From Chloroflexota bacterium (GTDB lineage: Bacteria > Chloroflexota > Dehalococcoidia > Lucifugimonadales > UBA3495): a stretch of 64,000 nucleotides of DNA. The stretch lies in assembly GCA_022573285.1 (NCBI GenBank), contig JACZUF010000008.1, forward strand, positions 9,962-73,961, read 5' to 3'. The translations under genes and the position numbers were made by a program. Positions 47,405 to 55,873 of the stretch are shown in pieces; positions within the stretch are counted from its first letter, which is position 1; each line of letters opens with the position of its first letter. Below the pieces are notes generated by a model, which made no database searches, was not told where the DNA came from, and was given only the letters and a program-made list of their open reading frames with translations.

Positions 47405-47445
47405 CTCCGGCGAGGCAACCGCGAAACACGGTTGCCTCGCCGGAG
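47405..47445 (+). terminator. 17-bp perfect hairpin between the two cohesin genes (terminator or attenuator candidate, no U-tract)
   Basis: CTCCGGCGAGGCAACCG-cgaaaca-CGGTTGCCTCGCCGGAG read directly. It lies 70 nt after the stop at 47334. Confidence 0.5.
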
Positions 47446-47630
47446 GTACCTCAGACAAAGAGGCCACTCGAGTGTTCAGCGGTTATCGAACTAACGATTC
47501 CAACCCTCCTGCCGCCAGTCTTTCCACCCTGGACTTGGATTTCGTTGATATCAAAGAGAAATCAAAGATGGAATAGGAAGGCGTTATCCCGCCTTGGCCT
47601 GGAATTCTCGTATTAAACCCGGCCCGAAAT

Positions 47631-49289
47631 ATGAATCGGAGTGTTCTCTTGAATCTACAATCTTGGATTGGCGTAGTGCTTCTGGCGGCCTTCCTCTCAT
47701 TCGTCGTAGCGGGCTCTAATTTGCGAGTGGTCAGCGCCAACCACACGTACTTAGAAATATCCCCCAATCCGTTGTTTCTGACACCTGGTGGAAACGATGT
47801 ACTGGACCTTTGGGTGCGAGGCTTGGATGATTCCGATCAGCTAGGGAGTTACAACCTTACGTTGTCGTTTGATCCAAACGTGATCAGGATCGACAGTGTG
47901 GTCGGAGGCGATGCGCCGTTTGACAGTACACCGGACTTTACGGTGGACACCACCAAAGGGGAAGTCACGGTGATCGCGACTCCATCAACAGGAGAGCCCA
48001 GCAAAGAAGCACGAATCGCCCGGCTCAACGTAACTGCTGTGGGCGCATTAGATGACTCTTCACCGATCACGTTTACATCCGCTGAGTTGACCGACGGGAC
48101 CAATCAACCGATCAGCGCGGCCGCCGGAGACGGTGGGTCAGTAAACATTGCTAGTACGGTGGTACGCGTAGGCAGCGCGTCCGTCGCCCAAGGGCGCTCT
48201 ACCACCGTCCCCGTCACGGTTTCTTTCAGCCCCAGCGGTGGGCTCGCCGGATACAATATTTCCATAGACTATGATTCGGCAATTATCAAGATCGATGGAA
48301 TTCTGTCCGGCGATGCCCCATTCGGTGGTACCCCAATTTTCAACATAAACGAAGCCGAATCATTCGTTAATGTTGTTGGGTTCCACGGCGACCGCCCGGG
48401 CCCGGTTGGCCGTACTGTCGTGATGAATATGACGGTAACGGGCATTGCCAAGGGGACAAGCGGCTTGGGTCTCACAGTTAAAGACCTGGTCGATGCGGAA
48501 AATGCCGACAGTTGGACGGCAGCTGCCGTCGATGGCTTGGTACGGGTTCTAGCTGCCTCGTCCAATGTGGGCTCAACAGTGGAATCCGCTCTGGCATCTT
48601 CTTCATCTGAAACCGGAAAACCCGTGGTGCTTGAAGGAGCTGTGCTCGTAGATCTGACGCCCGGAGTTCTTTCGCAACTCAGTTTGCCGAATCAAAAAGC
48701 GACCCTGACTTTTCCAATTGGTTCGGTGACCGAGCGCGGCTTCGCGGCGATGAAACAGATTGATGCGGAGGCAACACCTTCCCCACCTTCGGGATTCAGT
48801 CACGGAACGGTTATCGAAGTTAACATGCTTGATTTGTCCGGAAATCTCTTATATGACGTATTCCTGTCCAAGCAAGCCACAATCAGCATGTCATTACCTG
48901 ATGCAAGTCGTATCACATCAGATATCGTCAATATCTCGATCCAGCGCTACGAGCCGGTCCTCGGTCGATGGCTTGCCTTACCCACCACAGTCGACCACGA
49001 GAATATGGTCGCGATAGCGGAGGTGGACCGATTAAGCATCTTCGCTCTAACGATAGATGGAACTATCGCGGCGGAAGCGTCGTCATCAACCACTTCGGAT
49101 GGGTCCGCGGTATCAGGTGATTCGCCGGCAACCCCTTCGGATGATTCTGCACCGTTGGGAGGAACGGACCAACCTGACGGAGGCGGAATTCCCGCTTGGG
49201 TCATAGTTCTGATAGTTGTAGGGATAGTGGCCCTGAGTGCGACTGGCTATTTCGTGTCACGCCCTAAGCGCATTCAGAGTCGGAGGTAA
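47631..49289 (+). CDS. Membrane-anchored protein with two cohesin-like domains, Ser-rich linker and C-terminal TM anchor
   Basis: N-terminal signal (WIGVVLLAAFLSFVVAGS). LGSYNLTLSFDPNVIRIDSVVGGDAPF... and LAGYNISIDYDSAIIKIDGILSGDAPF... cohesin patterns. C-terminal ...GGIPAWVIVLIVVGIVALSATGYFVSRPKRIQSRR. Confidence 0.7.
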   Translation: MNRSVLLNLQSWIGVVLLAAFLSFVVAGSNLRVVSANHTYLEISPNPLFLTPGGNDVLDLWVRGLDDSDQLGSYNLTLSFDPNVIRIDSVVGGDAPFDSTPDFTVDTTKGEVTVIATPSTGEPSKEARIARLNVTAVGALDDSSPITFTSAELTDGTNQPISAAAGDGGSVNIASTVVRVGSASVAQGRSTTVPVTVSFSPSGGLAGYNISIDYDSAIIKIDGILSGDAPFGGTPIFNINEAESFVNVVGFHGDRPGPVGRTVVMNMTVTGIAKGTSGLGLTVKDLVDAENADSWTAAAVDGLVRVLAASSNVGSTVESALASSSSETGKPVVLEGAVLVDLTPGVLSQLSLPNQKATLTFPIGSVTERGFAAMKQIDAEATPSPPSGFSHGTVIEVNMLDLSGNLLYDVFLSKQATISMSLPDASRITSDIVNISIQRYEPVLGRWLALPTTVDHENMVAIAEVDRLSIFALTIDGTIAAEASSSTTSDGSAVSGDSPATPSDDSAPLGGTDQPDGGGIPAWVIVLIVVGIVALSATGYFVSRPKRIQSRR

Positions 49290-49473
49290 AAAGGCATCAC
49301 CCAGGAATGGCGTGTGAACGTCACTGATCGGACCAACGATTTCCGCGCCGCAGGAACAACCCCGGCTCTTCTCCGGGCAGGTAAAAGAAATTCGGACCCC
49401 CTGCTCCTTAAAGGGAGAAGGGGGTCTTAAGTAGTCATGACTCACCACGCTATCGGAGATGGGAGCGAGCCCC

Positions 49474-51027
49474 CTACTTCCCCTCTTTAATCCAGTCGGA
49501 TATCCGCTCGCCGATCATCATGGTGGTCACGTTGGTGTTGGCGCGGATGCAATCGGGCATTATGGAGGCGTCCACAATCCGGAGTCCCTCCAGCCCATGG
49601 ACCTTGCCGTACTGGTCGACCACGGCCATGGGGTCGGAGTCCGGGCCCATCTTGCAAGTGCAGGAGATGTGCTGCGAGGTGGTCACTTCACGGTACAGGT
49701 ACTCGTCCAGCGCCTCATCCGAAGCCAGTTCGGCGTCGGTTGGCTCGATGCGCTCTTGAATGATGTCCTTGAAGGCCGGGTCCTCGCCCAGGGCCACGCA
49801 GATGCGTATCGTCTCCCGCAGGCGCTCCCGGTCGAACTCCTCCTCCAGGTAGCGGTAGTCCAAGAAGGGCTGCTCCGTTGGGTCGGCGGACTGGAGCCGC
49901 AGCTCTCCGGCGCCGGCAGCCAGCTGGATGCCGCTGGTCATCCGGATGCCCACGGGCTCCATCCGGTTGCCGCCCCGGTTGACCCGCTGGGTGGCGAATG
50001 ACTGCATGGAAACCTTCATGTCGTTGCGCAGGTTGGACCCGCCCGCGGTGTAGCGCAGGGTTGCCTGCATCCGGGGAGCGTTGCCGTCCAACTCAACCCC
50101 CGGCTTGGTGCGCCAGGTCACCCACACCAGCGGGTGGTCGCGCATGTTCTGGCCCACTCCGGGTGCGTCGTGGACCACCGGGATGCCGAACTCCTGTAGA
50201 TGTGCCGCCGGTCCGACGCCGGACAGCATCAGGATATGGGGCGAGCCGATGGCCCCGGAACTCAAGATTATCTCCGAGCCTTCGACCACGAAGTGCTCGC
50301 CGCCGCTCTCCACTTCGACGCCCGTGGCCCTCTTCCCGTCGAACAAGATGCGGCGGACGTGGCAGTTAGGCCGGATGGTCACGTTGAGACGGTGTCTGAT
50401 CTGGTCCAGATAGCCCAAAGCCGTGCTCATGCGGATGCCGTTGGGGTTATTCAGCGGCGTCGGGCCCACGCCGGTCGAATCGGGGTGGTTGTGGTCGGGG
50501 GAATCGGGGTAACCGGCGGCCCGGCAGGCCAGATAGAAGGCCTCGGTGGCTGGATGCCAGGTGTCCCGGGCGAAGCGGTGCATCATGATGGGCCCTTCCG
50601 TGCCGTGAAAGTCGTCGCTAAAGTCCGTGTCGGTCTCTATCTTCCGGAAATAGGGCAGGCAGTCCTGGTATCGCCACTCGTCGTTGCCCATCTCCGCCCA
50701 GGAGTCGTAGTCCTCGGGCACGCCCCGGAGGAAGACCTGACCGTTGATGGCGCTGGAGCCGCCGGTGACCTTGCCCCTGGGCACCAGCATCTCCGGGGCC
50801 TTTTCCGTGGCCTTGCCAATGAACTGCCAGTTGTGGTCGCTGACCATGATGTCGATCTCGGTTGCGTAGCCGAACTTCACCTCCTCTGGCAGGTGCTCGA
50901 AATCCGGGTAGTCCGGTCCCGCCTCGATCAGTAAGACGTTGTTGTTCGGGTCTTCGGAAAGCCGGGTCGCCACGATGGAACCGGCTGAACCGGCGCCCAA
51001 AACTATGTAGTCGTATTTCATGTCCAC
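49474..51027 (-). CDS. GMC-family oxidoreductase (choline/alcohol dehydrogenase-like)
   Basis: [27 protein letters not shown]...[10 protein letters not shown]...[14 protein letters not shown]... and the C-terminal ...[10 protein letters not shown]...VDASIMP... GMC signatures. Confidence 0.9.
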   Translation of the reverse strand: [517 protein letters not shown]

Positions 51028-51117
51028 TCCGGTAAAAGTGCAGTCCTTCCGCGGTGCACTCGTTGCGCTGCGGAAGGACTGAGGTTCTTGATCGGGCCGG
51101 AATATTCCGGCGGAGTT

Positions 51118-51879
51118 TTAGATCAACGCCTCTGGAGTTTGGATACCCTCCAGGTCCGCCTCGGTGGCCGGGTCCTGGAGCGTGAGGTCCAAGCCGGTCT
51201 GCATGTAATGATAAACCTGCTTAAGGTGGTGGGTGCTGTGGCTCAAGATGATGTTAAGCAACTCCAACACCGTAACCTCGCCGCCGTAATGGGCGGGCAC
51301 CTCGAGGTCGAAGGCCTCTTGATTGCCGCTGTTGAGGAAGGCCACGATGTCGCGGCGCACCTTTTCGCCATACTCGGCCATCTGAGTGGCGGTATGTACG
51401 TCTTTCAAGCGCTCGTCGGAAGCCCGCATGTCCTCTTGGCTCATGCTGCCCACCTTATGGCTCAGGTAGGCCACCTCGGGGAAAGACATGATGTGGAGAA
51501 CGGTGCGCCGCAGGGTCCAGGGCCGCCACGGCACGTCGGTGTCCAATTGCTCCTGGGTGAACTGGGCGGTGGTGCGGACCGCCGCGCCCAGGACCTTGTC
51601 GTATTTTCCGGCCAGCCAGTCGGTCTTGCCCGAGAGGTCGATCTGGACGTTGAGCTTGAGCGCGGGAATCAGCTTCTTGGGGAAGTAGCCGATGATGACC
51701 TCTTCGTCGTCGATGATGGTCACGGGAAGCGACTTTATCCCCCTGCGGCGCAGGTCTTCGACAGCTTGTTGGTCTTCCAGTACGTTGTGGTGCTCATACT
51801 GAACACCGTTGGACTTCAGGAATTCTTCCACCGTCCGGCAACTGAATCAACCAGGTTGCGTGTAAACGTGGACGTTCAT
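51118..51879 (-). CDS. Glutaredoxin-like / DinB-like fusion protein, candidate selenoprotein (UxxC; in-frame TGA at 51849..51847)
   Basis: ATG 51879 with GGAGGG 4 nt upstream gives MNVHVYTQPG-TGA-FSC-RTVEEFLKSNGVQYEHHNVLED...LPVTIIDDEEVIIGY (Grx/NrdH fold), then a DinB-type C-terminus (...LLNIILSHSTHHLKQVYHYM). The track ORF begins only at GTG 51831, in the same frame. Confidence 0.6.
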
Positions 51880-52107
51880 GGCACCCTCCAATCGCTGTAG
51901 CCCAGGCGTTTTAGAACGGGAAAGCCCGGACAGGGCCTCAAAAACCATGGATATCCTAACACGAGTTTAGGCCTAAAGTTCGTGACACGAGTTTTGGCCG
52001 GCAGGCGTGCTTGCCCTATAAATGCCCCTGTGACAGACTAGATAAATTGCTGTCATGCCGACAACACCAACCACAACCCGTAGCCCCAGCACCACGGCGG
52101 CCACTCT

Positions 52108-53994
52108 TTGAAGCTAACCGCAGCGTATTCTGTCGCGGCAGCCCTTCTGTTGGCGTTGGCTGCCTGCACTCAGTCCGGTGGGCGGGACGTTCCGGCAACC
52201 ATCCCAATCGCCGCCGATCCTCCGGTTGCGGCCGCGACCCCCACCCCGCCGCCCACCACCGTTTCCCAGCCAACCCTGGCCCCTCTGACCACGGCGAAAG
52301 CGACGGCCACACCCATTCCAACTGCCACACCAGCGCCGCCCACCGCCACCCCGCAGCCAACGGCCACGCCAGCACCAACAGCAACACCCACGCCGGTTCC
52401 CACGGCAACCCCTTTACCGACCCCACAGGCGACTCCCACGCCGGTCCCACCTGCCTCTGGCTCTGCCGTGTTCGACCTGGGTGGCGGGATCTTCTTGAGC
52501 GTCACACCAGAGGACCCCTTCGCGGGCCGCGACGTCTCTTTCGTCCTGTCAGGCCTGACCCCGTGGCAACCGGTGACGGTCTCGTTCATAGACCCACAGG
52601 GCGTCGCCGCTGCCTGGATCACGGCCGACGACCTGCGCCTGGTGGGCCGGGACGGAGCAGTAGCCACCTCCTTCCTCATGTACCCAACGGCTTCGGGACA
52701 GTTGGACTGGGACCGCTACGGCATCCAAGACGAGGCGGGCGCCTGGTCGGTGGACATCGACCTGGACGGCAGCGTGTCCTCGACCACCTATACTCTGGGC
52801 GAGCTGCACCTGGGCGGCCAGGAACCGGTGTCGGTGGGAGCGGAGTTGACCCGCAATTCCGGCTCAGGCTCAACTGTTTACTACTCGGACCTGGTTCCAA
52901 CGGCTTTGGTGGTCGACCTCCAAGAATACCTGAGCGACTCCGCCTTGCTGCTGGAGCGCCGGACCGGGACGGAGATGGGCCAGCTCCCCGACCTCTACCT
53001 GTTGGCCAACCGGGATGTGATGGACCAGGTCGGCGCCGCAACCGGAGTCGATCTGGGTTTCGAAGACGGGTATTACAAGAGCTTTGGGACCCGGCCCGGC
53101 ATCTACATGCGGACCGACCTGCTGACCACCGAGGTGCGCCGTTTGTTGGTCCACGAGTACGTGCACCTGGTGTTCGACGACCTGGCCAACCAGAGGTCTC
53201 TGCCGGCCTGGCTGGCCGAGGGGCTTTCCCGTTATTACGAATTCGACATCGTGTTGTCGGGTCCCCGCGCCAATGCCACTCTGCTGCGGAAATATTCGGC
53301 CTCTGACTTAGCGCGCACGGCGGCCCAGTCAGACGGACTGTTCAGCCTCGCTACCCTTGAGAGTCAGTCGGACTGGAATTCCCCCATCGATCAGGACCAA
53401 CTATCCCTCCAGTATGCCGAAGCCTACATGGCCGTCCGTTATTTGAACGAGACCTACGGCCCTCTGTCCGGTAAAGAGGCGGTGGTGGACATCGGCCTCG
53501 GGTTCGGTTTGTCCCATGCCATCGAGACCGTTACCGGACTAAACTTTGACACCTTCGAGTCCGAGTTCCGCCGTTGGCTGGGGAAGTGGGAAGACCCAGT
53601 TCGGGCATCCATCGCCGAATATCTCGCGTCCTTGGAACCCATTCTGGCCGACCAAGAGGCTATCTTGGACCAGCGGACGAATGACCTCTCAACTCGAATG
53701 ACCGCCAGTGAGGCGGCCATCAGGCGCGTTTCCCGGCTTACGTCCACAGAGGCTCTGGTCGATCGCACGCAGAGCCTCTCCCCGCCGGAAGGCGCCTTGG
53801 AACTCCACCAAGAAGCCGAGGAATACCTCGGCCGGGTCCTGGTTTGGCTCAACCTGGAGTTCCAGTACGCCGACACTGTGGACGACTTCTACCTGGTTGC
53901 CGGCAATGCAATGATTCCAGAGATCAATGCCAGGGGACTTCTGCTCCAACGCAATATGTCCGACCTGCAGTTCCTCCTCCATCTAGGAGAGTAG
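52108..53994 (+). CDS. Lipoprotein with Pro/Thr-rich linker and HExxH (peptidase MA-like) domain
   Basis: MKLTAAYSVAAALLLALAAC lipobox. About 90 aa of (A/T)TP repeats. LLVHEYVHLVFDDL...WLAEGLSRYYE zinc-metallopeptidase motif. TTG start. Confidence 0.7.
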   Translation: MKLTAAYSVAAALLLALAACTQSGGRDVPATIPIAADPPVAAATPTPPPTTVSQPTLAPLTTAKATATPIPTATPAPPTATPQPTATPAPTATPTPVPTATPLPTPQATPTPVPPASGSAVFDLGGGIFLSVTPEDPFAGRDVSFVLSGLTPWQPVTVSFIDPQGVAAAWITADDLRLVGRDGAVATSFLMYPTASGQLDWDRYGIQDEAGAWSVDIDLDGSVSSTTYTLGELHLGGQEPVSVGAELTRNSGSGSTVYYSDLVPTALVVDLQEYLSDSALLLERRTGTEMGQLPDLYLLANRDVMDQVGAATGVDLGFEDGYYKSFGTRPGIYMRTDLLTTEVRRLLVHEYVHLVFDDLANQRSLPAWLAEGLSRYYEFDIVLSGPRANATLLRKYSASDLARTAAQSDGLFSLATLESQSDWNSPIDQDQLSLQYAEAYMAVRYLNETYGPLSGKEAVVDIGLGFGLSHAIETVTGLNFDTFESEFRRWLGKWEDPVRASIAEYLASLEPILADQEAILDQRTNDLSTRMTASEAAIRRVSRLTSTEALVDRTQSLSPPEGALELHQEAEEYLGRVLVWLNLEFQYADTVDDFYLVAGNAMIPEINARGLLLQRNMSDLQFLLHLGE

Positions 53995-54109
53995 ATCCCG
54001 AATAAACTCATCCTAGAGATGCCGCTGCCGGTCTGATATGCGATAATGCCGTCGGCCTGCCAAGGGGCCCGGACAGACAGGACCTTCCAGGTTTGGCGGG
54101 CGTGGAAAC

Positions 54110-54283
54110 GGCATCTTACTGGGATTCATCCAGATCGGCCGCCAGTTCCATGCCTACCGGAGCGCGGACCGCGCCTTCATGGACTACACCTCCCACCGTT
54201 ACAAGAAGGACGCCGCCCAACTGTCTTGGCCAGGGAAGCTCGACTTTTTCGCGGCCCATCTAAAGGGCGCCGCCAACCGCTAG
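54110..54283 (+). pseudogene. Possible C-terminal relic of a dienelactone-hydrolase-family gene
   Basis: Frame ending at TAG 54281 reads ...GILLGFIQIGRQFHAYRSADRAFMDYTSHRYKKDAAQLSWPGKLDFFAAHLKG. This resembles the DLH C-terminus with the catalytic His position changed. The frame is closed by a stop at 54044, there is no start, and there is no room for the rest of the gene. Confidence 0.3.
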
Positions 54284-54320
54284 AGAAAATCCCAGAAACT
54301 TTGTAGAAGGAGCGGACCCA

Positions 54321-55862
54321 ATGAAATACGACTACATCATCGTCGGCGCCGGCTCCGCTGGCTGCGTCATCGCCAGCAGGCTTTCGGACGACCCCGGCAA
54401 GTCCATATTGCTGTTGGAGGCGGGGCCGGACTATCCGGAATTCGAACATTACCCCGACGACCTGAAATTTGGTTACAACCAGACGGCATCGGCCGTGGAC
54501 GCGCCTCATAATTGGTCTTTCCAGGGGAACACGACCCCAGAGCAGCCCGATCCCATGCCCGTCCCCAGGGGCCGGGTGGTAGGCGGCTCCAGCGCCATCA
54601 ACGGCCAGATGCTGCTGCGGGGAATCCCGGAGGACTACGACGGATGGGCCGCCATGGGCAACGACCAATGGGGTTTCACCGACGTGCTGCCCTATCTGAG
54701 AAAACTGGAGACCGACACCGACATCCACGACGATTTCCACGGGTCGGAGGGGCCGATCCCGGTGCGCCGCTTCAAAGAGGACACCTGGCTGCCCGCCCAG
54801 AAGGCCTTCCATGCGGCCTGCCGCGCCCAAGGCCATCCCCACGATCCGGACATGAACCACCCCGAGTCGGGCGGCGTTGGGCCGATACCCATGAATAACC
54901 CCAACGGCATCCGCATGAGCACGTCACTGACCTATCTGGCCGCTTGCCGGCACCGCTTGAACCTGACCGTCAAGCCCGACGTTGTCACCCACCGGGTTAT
55001 CTTTGAAGGCAAGCGGGCCACCGGGGTCGAGGTGGAGAGCAATGGCGAACGCTTCATGGTCGAGGGCTCGGAGATAATCCTAACCTGCGGCGCCATCGGC
55101 TCCCCGCAACTGCTGATGCTATCCGGGGTCGGTCCTGCCGCGGTGCTGAATGGCCTGGGAATACCAGTGGTCCTCGAAGCGCCCGGAGTGGGACAGAACT
55201 TGAGAGACCATCCGAACATCCGCGTGCCCGTAGAGGTCCTAGACGATTTCCCCCTCAACCCGGAGGACCCACGGACCCAGGTGGCCGTCCGGTACACCGC
55301 CGCGGGCTCTGACCTTAGAAACGACATGCAGATCATGGCGTCCTCGTTCTCGTCTCCGATCTCCGGAGACCCCTTGGAGGCCGAGGGCATCCGGTTCACC
55401 TGTATCTTGGAGTTGGCCTATGGCTCCGGCCACCTGAAGATCACCTCCACCGACCCCAACGTTCAGCCCGAACTGAACTACAACTACTTCCAAGACGACC
55501 CCCGGGACCTCGCCCGGCTCCGGGAGGCGGTCAGGAAGTGCGTTCAGGTCTTGGAACACGACGACTACAAGCCCATAGTGAAAAGGCTCTTGGAGCCCGA
55601 GCCCGGCGAGTTGGAATCGGACGAGGCCTTGGACAACTGGCTGAAACGGAACGTCACCACGTCCCAACACATATCCGGCACCTGCAAGATGGGGCCCGAC
55701 GACGACCCCATGGCGGTGGTGGACCAGCAGTGCAGGGTCAAAGGACTGGAAGGCCTGCGCGTGGCCGACGCGTCCGTCATGCCCAACTGCATCCGGGCCA
55801 ATACCAACTGCACCACGATCATGATTGCCGAGCGGGTGGCCGACTGGATCAATCAGGCTTAA
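54321..55862 (+). CDS. GMC-family oxidoreductase (close paralog of 49474..51027)
   Basis: [25 protein letters not shown]...[23 protein letters not shown]...[14 protein letters not shown]...[10 protein letters not shown]... Confidence 0.9.
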   Translation: [513 protein letters not shown]

Positions 55863-55873
55863 CAGGAGCATCG

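Noticed and set aside
49395-49427. Hairpin GACCCCC...GGGGGTC between the cohesin gene and the convergent GMC gene as a defined terminator.
   Set aside because: The stem is short and interrupted, and no U-tract is present on either strand. It is plausible but not supportable as a feature.
54046-54306. 86-aa plus-strand ORF in the spacer before the GMC gene.
   Set aside because: Arg/Pro-rich, non-protein-like sequence. A different frame carries the only recognisable similarity (the DLH-like relic).
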